Notes: generated by a model from the sequence alone, not told the origin. A DNA stretch of 60,132 nt from an uncultured Clostridia bacterium (GCA_934184665.1 CAKPSX010000005.1:1-60132); one strand, 5' to 3'. Shown: positions 36,471 to 46,544, numbered from the stretch's first letter. Program-made: numbers and translations.

Positions 36471-38551
36471 TGGAGGGATTTATTTTGAAAATAAATGAAA
36501 TAAAAATAAATTCATATGGAAAATTAAAAAATAAAAAAATAAATTTAAATAAAAATATTAATATAATATATGGAGAAAATGAAAGTGGAAAATCAACATT
36601 ATTAAAATTTATTTTAAATATTTTTTATGGAACATCAAAAAATAAAAAAGGAAAAGAAATATCTGATTTTGAAAAATATAAGCCATGGAATTCAGAAGAA
36701 TTTTCTGGAAAATTATCATACGAATTAGATAATAAAAATAAATATGAAATATTTAGAGAATTTAATAAAAAAAATCCAATAATATTTAATGAAAAAGGAG
36801 AAGAAATTACAAAAGAATTTAATATAGATAAAAATAAAGGTAGTGAATTTTTTTACGAACAAACACAAATAAATGAGGAAATGTTTCTTGCAACATCAGT
36901 TTCATTACAACAAGAAGTAAAAATTAGCAAAAATGAGCAAAGTATGTTAGTACAAAAAATATCTAACTTGCTAGGGACAGGGGAAGATAAAATTTCATAT
37001 AAAAAAGCAATTGAAAAAATAAATAAAAAACAATTGGAAGAAGTTGGAACTGAAAGAAGTAGAGAAAAACCTATAAATATTCTTGAAAAAAATATAAAAG
37101 AAAATGAGGAAAAAATAAACCAATTAAAAAAATACCAAAATATTCAATATGAAATTGAAGAAGAAAAAAAAGAAATAAAAAATAAAATTAAAATAGAAAA
37201 AATAAAAAATAATTTATTAAAAGAAATAAAAAAAATAAAAGAAAAAAATAATTTGGAAAATGAAAAAATAAAAATAAAAGAAAATATAATAAAAGAAAAT
37301 AAAAATAAAATTCAAGAAATAAAAAATAAAATAGAAAAAAATGAAATAAAAATCGAACAAGAAAATAATAATAAAAAATATGAAGAAGAAAAAAATAAAA
37401 TAAAAAATAAAAACAAAAAAAATAAAATAATTTTTATTTTTTTAATAATTATTTCTTTGCTTTGGATAATATTTTCTCAAAAAATAATTAAAAATATATT
37501 TGCTAATTATTTAATATTAATTATTTTACCGATTTGTTTTATTGCTTGGAAAATAAGCAAAAATAAAAATAATAAAAAAATAAATAAAATAGAAAAAAAT
37601 AAAAATAATATTATAAAAGAATTAAATGAAGAAAAAAATACATTAATAAATGAAATAAAAATAATAGAAAAAAATTCCAATGATTTATTAAATGAAATAA
37701 ATAAAATAAAAAAAGAAAACGAAAATATAAAAATATTAGAAAAACAAAAAATAATAAATAATTATTTTTATGACATGAAAAAAATAGAATTAAATTCTAA
37801 TCAAAAAAACAATAATAATTATTTATTTAACTCTGAAAATAATAATTTAATATTTAATTTCGAAAATTCAGAAAATAATTTAAAAAATATAGAAAATAAA
37901 ATTAATTTATTATTAAATTCGGAAAAAATAGAAAACGAATTAAATTCTTCAGAAAATATAATAAATAATTTAAAAATGGAAATAAATAAAATAGAATTAA
38001 AAAAAGAAAATATTGAACCATTACTTGATGAATTATCAAATATTGAAGAAAAATTATATTCACAAAAAGAAGAATATAAAAATTTACAAAAAATTAATAC
38101 TAGTATAGAATTAGCAAAAAAAATATTAGAAAGAGCATATGAAAAAATGAAAGATAGTGTTAGTCCGATATTCACAAATAAATTATCAGAAAATATATCT
38201 GAAATAACAAATAAAAAATATACTAATATTTATTTTGGAGATGAACAGGGATTAACAGTTGAACTTGAAAATGGAAATTATGTTCCAGTAGAAAGATTAA
38301 GCATTGGAACAATTGACCAATTATATTTATCACTTAGGCTAGCAATGTTAGATGAGATTTCAAAGGAAAAAGTACCTATTATTTTAGATGAGGCATTTGC
38401 TTATTATGACAATGAAAGATTAGAAAATATATTAAAATATTTATATACGAAATTTAGTGATAGACAACTTATAATATTAAGTTGTACAAAAAGAGAAAAA
38501 GAAATCCTAGAAAAACAAAATATAGAATTTAATTTTGTAGAGTTAAATTAA
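36470..38551 (+). CDS. AAA/SMC-like ATPase partner of the exonuclease (SbcC/YhaN-like) with central TM hairpin
   Basis: - Walker A is YGENESGKSTLLKFI.
- A very long K/N/I/E coiled-coil region is interrupted by two hydrophobic helices (IIFIFLIIISLLWIIF, ILIILPICFIAW).
- The C-terminus has LSIGTIDQLYLSLRLA and IILDEAF (signature and Walker B).
- The real start is probably TTG 36485 (MKINEIKINSYGKL), 8 nt after GGAGG at 36472-36476. Confidence 0.75.
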   Translation: MEGFILKINEIKINSYGKLKNKKINLNKNINIIYGENESGKSTLLKFILNIFYGTSKNKKGKEISDFEKYKPWNSEEFSGKLSYELDNKNKYEIFREFNKKNPIIFNEKGEEITKEFNIDKNKGSEFFYEQTQINEEMFLATSVSLQQEVKISKNEQSMLVQKISNLLGTGEDKISYKKAIEKINKKQLEEVGTERSREKPINILEKNIKENEEKINQLKKYQNIQYEIEEEKKEIKNKIKIEKIKNNLLKEIKKIKEKNNLENEKIKIKENIIKENKNKIQEIKNKIEKNEIKIEQENNNKKYEEEKNKIKNKNKKNKIIFIFLIIISLLWIIFSQKIIKNIFANYLILIILPICFIAWKISKNKNNKKINKIEKNKNNIIKELNEEKNTLINEIKIIEKNSNDLLNEINKIKKENENIKILEKQKIINNYFYDMKKIELNSNQKNNNNYLFNSENNNLIFNFENSENNLKNIENKINLLLNSEKIENELNSSENIINNLKMEINKIELKKENIEPLLDELSNIEEKLYSQKEEYKNLQKINTSIELAKKILERAYEKMKDSVSPIFTNKLSENISEITNKKYTNIYFGDEQGLTVELENGNYVPVERLSIGTIDQLYLSLRLAMLDEISKEKVPIILDEAFAYYDNERLENILKYLYTKFSDRQLIILSCTKREKEILEKQNIEFNFVELN

Positions 38552-38560
38552 AAATAAAAA

Positions 38561-38602
38561 AGTAAATTTTAGATAAAAAAACAGTTTAAAATTTACTTTT
38601 TT
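38561..38602 (+). terminator. Intrinsic terminator after the yhaN-like gene
   Basis: agtaaatttta (38561-38571) pairs with taaaatttact (38587-38597), followed by a T run. Confidence 0.65.
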
Positions 38603-38696
38603 AATTATTTGAATCCAAAAAACTTAAAAAAAATATTTAAAAATATGGATATATATGTTATAATTGTATTTGATTAGTATTTGGAGGGAAATTATA

Positions 38697-39059
38697 ATGA
38701 ATAAGATGCCTAAAAAAACCAAGAATATCATTAAGGAGTTCGTAAAGCAAATAAATAATTTACTAGGGGATAGAATAAAAAAAGTTATTTTATATGGTTC
38801 TTATGCAAGAGGAGATTATAAGGATAATTCTGACATTGATATTATGATACTTACGGATTTAACAGATGAAGAAATAATTGAGTATAGAGAACAAGTGTCC
38901 AATATTGCATTTGATATAGAATTTGAAAATGATTTTGACATAACTATATCACCATTGATAAAAAATATAAATAAATTTGAATTTTGGAAAAATGTGTTAC
39001 CATTTTATATGAATATTCAAAAAGAGGGAGTGATTTTAAGTGAATCAAAAACTATCTAA
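38697..39059 (+). CDS. Minimal nucleotidyltransferase (MNT) antitoxin of a HEPN/MNT module
   Basis: Contains the LYGSYARGDYKDNSDIDIMILTD (GS..RG......SDxD) Pol-beta-type NTase motif. ATG 38697 follows ttggaggg. Confidence 0.85.
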   Translation: MNKMPKKTKNIIKEFVKQINNLLGDRIKKVILYGSYARGDYKDNSDIDIMILTDLTDEEIIEYREQVSNIAFDIEFENDFDITISPLIKNINKFEFWKNVLPFYMNIQKEGVILSESKTI

Positions 39060-39435
39060 AGATTTAGCAATACATAGACTTGAACAAGCAAGAGAAGATT
39101 TAGAAGCAGGTAAATTATTGTATGATAAAAATTTTTATAAATCTGCAAACAATAGAGCATATTATTCAATATTTCACAGTATAAAATCTATCCTTGCATT
39201 AGAGAGAATTGATTTTAAAAAGCATAAAGATGTGCTAGCATATTTTAATAAAAACTATATTAATAATGAAATTTTTCCTAAAACAATGGGTAGGAAAATC
39301 CATAGTGCGAGTTCTATGAGAGAAGATAGTGATTATGATGATGAGTTTATAGTGGATGCTAGTAAAACTAAGGAACAATTAAATACAGCAGAAGAGCTTA
39401 TTGATTTAGTTGAAAAATATATAGAAAATAATTAA
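39040..39435 (+). CDS. HEPN-domain protein (putative toxin of the HEPN/MNT module)
   Basis: It is helical and contains RAYYSIFH (R-x6-H). The GTG start overlaps the MNT gene by 20 nt, the typical bicistronic arrangement. Confidence 0.75.
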   Translation: MNQKLSKDLAIHRLEQAREDLEAGKLLYDKNFYKSANNRAYYSIFHSIKSILALERIDFKKHKDVLAYFNKNYINNEIFPKTMGRKIHSASSMREDSDYDDEFIVDASKTKEQLNTAEELIDLVEKYIENN

Positions 39436-39461
39436 TGAATAAAAAGGGAGAGGAGAAAAGT

Positions 39462-40523
39462 ATGTTTGACAAACTTGAAGTAGTTGAGGCTAGATATGAG
39501 GAATTAACAAAAGCTATAAGTGATCCTGAGGTAATAGCTAAACAAGCTGAATGGCAAAAATTAATAAAAGAACACAGTTCTATAGAGGAAGTTGTACTAA
39601 AATATAGAGAATATAAAAAAGAAAAACAAAGAATGGCAGATGCCAAAGATATGATGGAAGATAAGGAGTTAAAAGAACTTGCGGAAGCTGATTATTATGA
39701 GGCAAAAGAAAAACTTCCACATATTGAAGAAGAACTAAAAACATTATTAATACCAAAAGATCCAAATGATGATAAAAACATTATTTGTGAGATTCGTGGC
39801 GGTGCTGGTGGAGAAGAGGCAGCATTATTTGCGGCTACTTTATTTAGAATGTATTCAATGTATGCAGAAAAAAAACATTGGAAAATAGATATTTTAAATG
39901 AAAATGAAACTGAATTAGGTGGTTATAAAGAAATATCATTTATGATCACTGGAAAAGGTGCTTATAGTAGATTAAAATTTGAAAGTGGTGTACACAGGGT
40001 TCAAAGAGTGCCAGATACAGAAAGTAGTGGTAGAATACACACATCAACTGCTACGGTTGCAGTACTTCCAGTAGTTGAAGATGTGGAGATAGAAATAAAT
40101 CCAGCAGATATAAAAATGGAAGTTTTCAGAGCATCTGGAGCTGGAGGACAACATATAAATAAGACATCATCAGCAGTAAGACTTATACATGAACCAACAG
40201 GTATTGTTGTTGAATGCCAAACAGAGCGTTCACAACTACAAAATAGAGAATATGCAATGAAAATGCTACGTTCAAGGTTATATAATATTGAAAAAGAAAA
40301 ACAGGAATCAGAAATATCAAATGCAAGAAAGATACAAGTTGGCAGTGGTGATAGAAGTGAAAAAATAAGGACATATAATTATCCACAAGGACGTATCACA
40401 GACCATAGAATTGGCATGAGTATATATCAGATGGAAAATTTCTTAAATGGAGATTTAGATGAAATGATAGATAATTTAAGTGCAGCAGATAGAGCAGAAA
40501 GACTAAAAGGCGAAGAAGAATAA
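39462..40523 (+). CDS. prfA: Peptide chain release factor 1
   Basis: Contains [15 protein letters not shown] and [11 protein letters not shown] (GGQ), with RF1-type domain order. ATG 39462 follows gggagaggag. Confidence 0.95.
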   Translation: MFDKLEVVEARYEELTKAISDPEVIAKQAEWQKLIKEHSSIEEVVLKYREYKKEKQRMADAKDMMEDKELKELAEADYYEAKEKLPHIEEELKTLLIPKDPNDDKNIICEIRGGAGGEEAALFAATLFRMYSMYAEKKHWKIDILNENETELGGYKEISFMITGKGAYSRLKFESGVHRVQRVPDTESSGRIHTSTATVAVLPVVEDVEIEINPADIKMEVFRASGAGGQHINKTSSAVRLIHEPTGIVVECQTERSQLQNREYAMKMLRSRLYNIEKEKQESEISNARKIQVGSGDRSEKIRTYNYPQGRITDHRIGMSIYQMENFLNGDLDEMIDNLSAADRAERLKGEEE

Positions 40524-40955
40524 TAAAAGAACTAAGCATAAAGAACAAAAGATAATTTATCTAATGTAAATAAGAATAAATTTCAGGTAAAAAACCTGGA
40601 ATTTATTTTTTACTATTGACAAAAAACAAATGTTTGATATAAAATTAAGAAACTTGCAAAGGAGGGAGAATTTTAATATTATAGGAGGGTGCTTATATTG
40701 ACAAAGAATGAAATAATTAAAAATGTTGTGTTGATAATAACCACAAAGTGATGGGTGGATTACTATGTATACGAATTTTCAAAAGAATATGGTCAACTAA
40801 TACATTAAAAGAATATATAAAAATATGTATAAGCTATTGATGAGCAGGTGTGTACATATAAAAAAATCCCCCAATAAATTTTTTTATAAAGAAGAATTTT
40901 TATAAGAAAAGTGTGTATATATAGTAGGAGAGAAGTGAATGTTAAAGGAGTTTTT

Positions 40956-41699
40956 ATGCAGGAAGTAGTAAATACAACAGTTTTGGGGCTGTTTTTTGGA
41001 ACAATAGGCACAACTGTAGGCGGAATTATAGGTTGTACGATAAAAAGCCAATCAAATAAGTTTTTAAGTTTTATGTTGTCATTTGCAGCAGGATTAATGA
41101 TGGCTGTTATTTGTTTTGACTTAATACCAGAATCCCTAGGAATAAGTAAAATATCACAAACTATAATAGGAATATTTATTGGAATTATAATAATGATAAT
41201 TTGTGATATTATAGTAGACAAAAAATTTAATAAAAACAATCAGACACAAAGTGTAAAGAGTAATTTGTTAAAAACTGGTATAATAGTAAGTATAGGCTTA
41301 GCAATACATAATGTGCCAGAGGGACTTGCGATAGGCTCAGGTTTTGATGCATCAGTCAATCTGGGATATGCATTAGCAATTGCAATATGTTTTCATGATG
41401 TACCAGAAGGTATATCAATGGCGTTACCTATGAAAAATGGTGGAATGAAAATTTATAAGATTATGATTTATGTAATATTATCTGGAGTTGCAACAGGTGC
41501 TGGGGCATTAATAGGAGCCATCATAGGCAAAGTATCTGAGCAAATAATATCGATATGTCTAAGCTTTGCAGCAGGAGCTATGCTTTATATAGTATCAGGA
41601 GAGCTAATACCAGAATCAAATAAATTATATAGTGGAAAGTTATCTACAATTGGTAATATAATAGGTTTTGTAATAGGAATGGGTGTTACAAGATTGTAA
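40956..41699 (+). CDS. ZIP-family divalent metal (zinc) transporter
   Basis: It is polytopic, with HNVPEGLAIG and FHDVPEGISMA motifs. ATG 40956 follows aaaggag. Confidence 0.85.
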   Translation: MQEVVNTTVLGLFFGTIGTTVGGIIGCTIKSQSNKFLSFMLSFAAGLMMAVICFDLIPESLGISKISQTIIGIFIGIIIMIICDIIVDKKFNKNNQTQSVKSNLLKTGIIVSIGLAIHNVPEGLAIGSGFDASVNLGYALAIAICFHDVPEGISMALPMKNGGMKIYKIMIYVILSGVATGAGALIGAIIGKVSEQIISICLSFAAGAMLYIVSGELIPESNKLYSGKLSTIGNIIGFVIGMGVTRL

Positions 41700-41826
41700 A
41701 TATTTTTATATAGTTGTAATATATACATAAAATATTAGTATTTATTAGGTGTATTACACTTAATATTCCATACCTAATGGTGTGTTTTGAATATAAAAAT
41801 TTTTAGTTCAAAAGGAGTTTTGAAAA

Positions 41827-42291
41827 ATGAAGAAGAAGAAATTCATGATGATGGTGATGGCAGCGATTATGCTGCTGAGTGTTGCTTGTACAGCAAGTGC
41901 AAGCTGCCAGGTACAGAAGCCAATTAAGGTATACTATAATGGCATAGCAATTAACTTCCCAGATCAACAACCTATGATTGTCAGTGGTAGGACTATGGTT
42001 CCTGTTCGTGCAATCGCTGAAGCTCTTGATTATGATGTTCTATGGATTGCAAAGGACAACGAAGTGCAGCTTTATCAGCACTTAGGAGAAGGGTTTGTTT
42101 TTTGGAAGATAGGTGAAAACACTTATCGGACTAATCACGATAGTATAGTTGATGCAGGATGTGCACCAATTGTCCTGAATGGGCGTACCATGGTGCCCAT
42201 CAGATTCGTGGCGGAACAGCTCTCCAGCTTAAATGTAGAGTTTGTACAACAAAAATATCAAGATTTCGTCTTCTTAAACGAGAAGGATTAA
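41827..42291 (+). CDS. Secreted protein with two copper-amine-oxidase N-terminal-like (stalk) repeats
   Basis: A signal peptide is present (MKKKKFMMMVMAAIMLLSVACTASA). There are two copies of the ...P.IV.GRTMVP.R..AE.L... motif. G+C is elevated (25/60 in each of the first two 60-nt blocks by hand count). Confidence 0.75.
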   Translation: MKKKKFMMMVMAAIMLLSVACTASASCQVQKPIKVYYNGIAINFPDQQPMIVSGRTMVPVRAIAEALDYDVLWIAKDNEVQLYQHLGEGFVFWKIGENTYRTNHDSIVDAGCAPIVLNGRTMVPIRFVAEQLSSLNVEFVQQKYQDFVFLNEKD

Positions 42292-42296
42292 TCTTA

Positions 42297-42323
42297 AGGC
42301 AGGATACTTTAAGTATCCTGCCT
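42297..42323 (+). terminator. Perfect 11-bp hairpin after the amine-oxidase-N-domain gene, with no U tract
   Basis: aggcaggatac (42297-42307), loop tttaa, gtatcctgcct (42313-42323). It is followed by actcctta rather than a T run. Confidence 0.5.
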
Positions 42324-42413
42324 ACTCCTTATATAATTAATAAAAAACTATTGCAAATAAATAAAAAGTGTAGTAAAATACAAACATATATTTGAAGGAA
42401 AGGACTAATAATA

Positions 42414-44729
42414 ATGGAAGATATATTAAAAGGACTAAATGACAAACAATATGAAGCCGTAACAAATACAGAAGGGCCATGCTTAGTAATAGCAGGGGCA
42501 GGAAGTGGAAAAACAAAAGTATTAACACATAAAATAGCATATTTGGTAGGAGAAAAAAATGTGCTACCTTGGAATATTTTAGCAATAACATTTACAAATA
42601 AAGCAGCAAATGAAATGAAAGAAAGAATTAGTGGACTTGTTGGAGATTCTGCAAAAGATATGTGGGTTGGAACATTCCATTCAATATGTGTAAGAATATT
42701 AAGAAGATTTATAGATAGAATCGGATTTGATTCATCATTTATAATATTTGATACAGCAGATCAAAAGACACTTGTAAAACAATGTTTAAAGGATTTACAA
42801 ATAGATGATAAAATATTTAGTGATAGAGCAGTAATATCAGAAATAAGTAATGCAAAAAATGATATGCTTGAACCAGAAACCTACGCAGTAAAGGCACACG
42901 GAGATTTTAGAAAAGAAAAAATTGCAACTGTATATCAATTATATCAAAAAAGATTAAAAGAAAATAATGCAATTGATTTTGACGATATAATAAATTATAC
43001 AATAAAAATACTAAAAGAAAATGTAGATGTACTTGAATATTATTCAAATAAATTTAAATATATATTAGTTGATGAGTATCAAGATACAAATAAATCACAA
43101 TTCACATTAGTAACAATGTTAGCATCAAAACATGGAAATATTACGGCAGTTGGAGATAATGACCAAGGTATATATAGTTTTAGAGGAGCTGACATTTCAA
43201 ACATATTAAATTTTGAAAGAGATTTTCTAGGAACTAAGATAATAAAGCTAGAGCAAAATTATAGATGTACAGGAAATATATTAAAAGTTGCAAATGCGGT
43301 AATAAAAAATAATGAAGTAAAATATGATAAAAAATTATGGACTGAGAATGAAGTCGGAAGCTTGCCAAAGGTGTTTTCAGCAGATAATGAATATGATGAA
43401 GGAAGATATATTGTTGAGCAAATAAATCATCTTAGAAGAGAAGAATATTATAAATATTCAGATTTTGCAGTATTATACAGAATGAACACACAATCAAGAG
43501 CAATAGAAGAAATATTAAGAAGAGAAGGAATACCTTATAAGGTTGTCGGTGGATTAAAATTCTATGAAAGAAAAGAAATAAAAGATATAATTTCATATTT
43601 GAGATTAATACAAAATCCAGCAGATAATTTAAGTTTAAATAGAATTATAAATGAGCCTAAAAGAGGAATTGGAAAAACAAGTTTGGATAATGTAACAAAG
43701 GTTGCAGAAGAGAATAATACATCAATGTATGAAGTTATAAGAAATGCAGAACAATATGGATTAAATAGAGTTTATTTGAATTCCAGAGAGTTTGTAAATT
43801 GTATGGAAGAATTTATTGAGCAAAAAGATAAATTAAAAATATCAGAATTAATTAAAAAGGTATTAAAACAATCAGGATATACAAAAGCATTAGAAAATGA
43901 AAACACTGTAGAAGCTGAAAATAGAATTGCAAACTTAGATGAATTTTTAAATGTTGCAATAGAGTTTGAAGAAGAGTCAGCAGATAATCAATTAAGTGAT
44001 TTCCTTGAAGGAATAACATTATCGAGTGATTTAGACAATGTAGAAGAAACAGATGAAACTGTTACATTAATGACATTACATAGTGCAAAAGGTCTTGAAT
44101 TCCCTGTAGTATTTTTAGTTGGAATGGAAGAAGGAATTTTTCCAGGATATAAATCAATCGGAGAACAAAAAGAACTTGAGGAAGAAAGACGACTATGCTA
44201 TGTAGGAGTTACAAGAGCAAAAGAGAATTTATTTTTAACAAATAGTAGGCAACGTACAACATTTGGTTCAACAACATATAATCCACCATCAAGGTTTTTA
44301 CAAGAAATTCCTAAGGAATTACTAGATGGATATAATGATTCTATTGTCGGAAGAGCTAAAAAAGGAAATGATGTATTTAGTGATAGCCCATATTCTTGGA
44401 GTTATGGCAGCAAAAATAATGGAAATATTAAAACATATAAAGCAACTGAACCACAATATGCAAATTCTGCTTCAACTACAGGAAATACAGGTTATGCATA
44501 TAGAACGGCAGAAAGTTTCTTAAATAATATAAATAAAAGTCCAGAAACAGATGAAATTGATTTTTCAGAATATCAATCAGGTAAAAAAGTATACCATAAA
44601 AAGTTTGGCGAGGGAATTATTAATTATGTTGAAGAAGAAGGAAACGATTTAAAAGTTGACATTAATTTTGATAAATTCGGACATAAAAGATTGATGGCAA
44701 GGTTTGCCAATTTAGAAATAGTAGACTAA
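42414..44729 (+). CDS. pcrA: ATP-dependent DNA helicase PcrA (UvrD family)
   Basis: Contains LNDKQYEAVTNTEGPCLVIAGAGSGKTKVLTHKIAYL, DEYQDTN, TLHSAKGLEF, and VGVTRAK. Confidence 0.95.
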   Translation: MEDILKGLNDKQYEAVTNTEGPCLVIAGAGSGKTKVLTHKIAYLVGEKNVLPWNILAITFTNKAANEMKERISGLVGDSAKDMWVGTFHSICVRILRRFIDRIGFDSSFIIFDTADQKTLVKQCLKDLQIDDKIFSDRAVISEISNAKNDMLEPETYAVKAHGDFRKEKIATVYQLYQKRLKENNAIDFDDIINYTIKILKENVDVLEYYSNKFKYILVDEYQDTNKSQFTLVTMLASKHGNITAVGDNDQGIYSFRGADISNILNFERDFLGTKIIKLEQNYRCTGNILKVANAVIKNNEVKYDKKLWTENEVGSLPKVFSADNEYDEGRYIVEQINHLRREEYYKYSDFAVLYRMNTQSRAIEEILRREGIPYKVVGGLKFYERKEIKDIISYLRLIQNPADNLSLNRIINEPKRGIGKTSLDNVTKVAEENNTSMYEVIRNAEQYGLNRVYLNSREFVNCMEEFIEQKDKLKISELIKKVLKQSGYTKALENENTVEAENRIANLDEFLNVAIEFEEESADNQLSDFLEGITLSSDLDNVEETDETVTLMTLHSAKGLEFPVVFLVGMEEGIFPGYKSIGEQKELEEERRLCYVGVTRAKENLFLTNSRQRTTFGSTTYNPPSRFLQEIPKELLDGYNDSIVGRAKKGNDVFSDSPYSWSYGSKNNGNIKTYKATEPQYANSASTTGNTGYAYRTAESFLNNINKSPETDEIDFSEYQSGKKVYHKKFGEGIINYVEEEGNDLKVDINFDKFGHKRLMARFANLEIVD

Positions 44730-44842
44730 AGCTTTAAGAAAGAAGATATTAGTAATGCAAATATTACTAGTATCTTTTTTGTATAAGTTGGAAAAAATCT
44801 GTACATAATAAAAATATAAATTTATAAGAAAGGGTGATTTAA

Positions 44843-45031
44843 ATGGCAGATTTAACACAAGCAGAATTACAACATTTAAGACATTTAATAGGAGCACATG
44901 AAACAGCATATCAAAAATTATCAGTGTATTCTGGACAAGTGCAAGATGCTCAAATTAAGCAAATGTTTACAAAATCAGCACAAGATGCATTAAACACAAA
45001 ACAAAAATTAATGAGTTTTTTAAATGGTTAG
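44843..45031 (+). CDS. Small helical protein preceding the CotF-like gene (spore-coat associated, putative)
   Basis: ORF with an SD. It occurs as a partner of the Coat-F-like gene 13 nt downstream. No firm family assignment. Confidence 0.5.
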   Translation: MADLTQAELQHLRHLIGAHETAYQKLSVYSGQVQDAQIKQMFTKSAQDALNTKQKLMSFLNG

Positions 45032-45044
45032 GAGGAAAAAATAA

Positions 45045-45290
45045 ATGGATGAAAAAACAATGGTAAATGACATTTTAGGTAGCGTAAAAGCAGATTTAAC
45101 AGCATATCAAGCTGCAATATCAGAATCAGAAAATATGCAGTTAAGACAAACATTTCAACAAATAAGAAATGGTGATGAAAGTTTCCAATATGAATTATTT
45201 AAAGTTGCAAATGCAAAAGGATATTATAAACCAGCTCAAAAAGCAACTACAACAGAAATACAAACAGTAAAAACAGAATTACAACAATAA
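45045..45290 (+). CDS. Spore coat protein, CotF-like
   Basis: Contains DEKTMVNDILGSVKADLTAYQAAISESENMQLRQTFQQIRNGDESFQYELF, the Coat_F-type helical pattern. Confidence 0.7.
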   Translation: MDEKTMVNDILGSVKADLTAYQAAISESENMQLRQTFQQIRNGDESFQYELFKVANAKGYYKPAQKATTTEIQTVKTELQQ

Positions 45291-45304
45291 AATAGAAATT
45301 CTGA

Positions 45305-45328
45305 AAGGGCAATAGTGGTTGCCCTTTT
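45305..45328 (+). terminator. Intrinsic terminator after the cotF-like gene
   Basis: aagggcaa (45305-45312), loop tagtgg, ttgccctt (45319-45326), followed by T residues. Confidence 0.7.
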
Positions 45329-45533
45329 ATTATGTATTTGCTAAGTGGCTATTCCCTAAATATAAAAATAATATATATTTTTCTAAAATGCAAAACAGAG
45401 AAAATGGAAGAATAATAAAGGAAAAAAAAGAAGAAAACAGAAAACAGAATAAAAACCAAAGATAAGAAAAATTGCTAAAATGTATGTGTTTAATATACAA
45501 TACAAGAAAAATATGTATTGAAAGGGAAATATA

Positions 45534-46541
45534 ATGATAAAACATATATTAGTAATTGCAAGAAAGTCAATGAAGCTTACAATACTTATAGCTACCTCTG
45601 TATTTCTAATAATATGTGCGGTGGCATTATTTTTCAAGCCAATTTACAGTGTAACCTTAAATGGTGAGTTTGTTGGATACAGTAAAGATAAAAGTAAGTT
45701 ACAAGCGAAAATTAATAAATACATAGAAAATGGTGATGAAAACAATGAAAGTGTTGCATTTGTACAAGTAGATAATTTACCTGAATATAAAATGTGTTTA
45801 TTAAAAAGAAATATTGTTACAAATGATGATGAAATATTTGATAAAATAAAAGAATCTGGAATAACATATTATAAATATTATGCAATATTAGAAGGACAAG
45901 AAGAAAAAACATATGTAGCAGATTTTGCTACGGCAGAACAGATAGTACAACAACTAAAAGAAAAGGACAGTAACAATATTGATTCAATATCGATATTAGA
46001 ATTATATGAAACAGAGATGATTGATTTTTCATCAAGCGAAGATGCAGTTGCAAGTTTATATGAAGAAAAAGTTGTTACACCAGAGCCAAAGAAACAAACC
46101 AAAATTGCAACTACTGGTAAAGTAACATCTGCAGGTGTTTCATATCAAAAAGTAGGATTAAGTGGAGTGAATTTAATAAGACCTATTTCAGGTAAATTGA
46201 CATCAAGGTTTGGAGCTAAAAGTAGTATTAGATCAGGAGCACATACAGGTTTAGATATAGCTGCTCCGAAGGGAACACCTATAAAAGCAGCGGCTAGTGG
46301 AACTGTAACATTTTCTGGACGTAAAGGTTCATATGGATATATGACAGTTGTATCACACGGGAATGGTGTAGAAACTTGGTATGCACATTGTAGTAAATTA
46401 TATCTTAGTGCAGGTGCAAAAGTTGAACAAGGACAAACTATAGCAGAAGTTGGCTCAACAGGGAATTCGACAGGATATCATTTGCATTTAGAAGTAAGAA
46501 TTAATGGAGTGGCATATAATCCACAAAACTATGTATATTAA
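45534..46541 (+). CDS. Membrane-anchored M23-family metallopeptidase
   Basis: An N-terminal TM segment is present. The C-terminal domain reads GAHTGLDIAAPKGTPIKAAASGTV...GYHLHLEVRINGVAYNP. Confidence 0.85.
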   Translation: MIKHILVIARKSMKLTILIATSVFLIICAVALFFKPIYSVTLNGEFVGYSKDKSKLQAKINKYIENGDENNESVAFVQVDNLPEYKMCLLKRNIVTNDDEIFDKIKESGITYYKYYAILEGQEEKTYVADFATAEQIVQQLKEKDSNNIDSISILELYETEMIDFSSSEDAVASLYEEKVVTPEPKKQTKIATTGKVTSAGVSYQKVGLSGVNLIRPISGKLTSRFGAKSSIRSGAHTGLDIAAPKGTPIKAAASGTVTFSGRKGSYGYMTVVSHGNGVETWYAHCSKLYLSAGAKVEQGQTIAEVGSTGNSTGYHLHLEVRINGVAYNPQNYVY

Positions 46542-46544
46542 AAT

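Noticed and set aside
40560-40605. Terminator hairpin after prfA (aaatttcagg...cctggaattt)
   Set aside because: The arms are only partially complementary (cagg/cctg core) when written out. A T run follows, but the stem is too weak to call with confidence.
42159-42395. 78-aa + strand ORF overlapping the end of the amine-oxidase-N-domain gene
   Set aside because: It is out of frame with a CDS that has a recognisable repeated domain, and it reads through the terminator hairpin. No SD is present.
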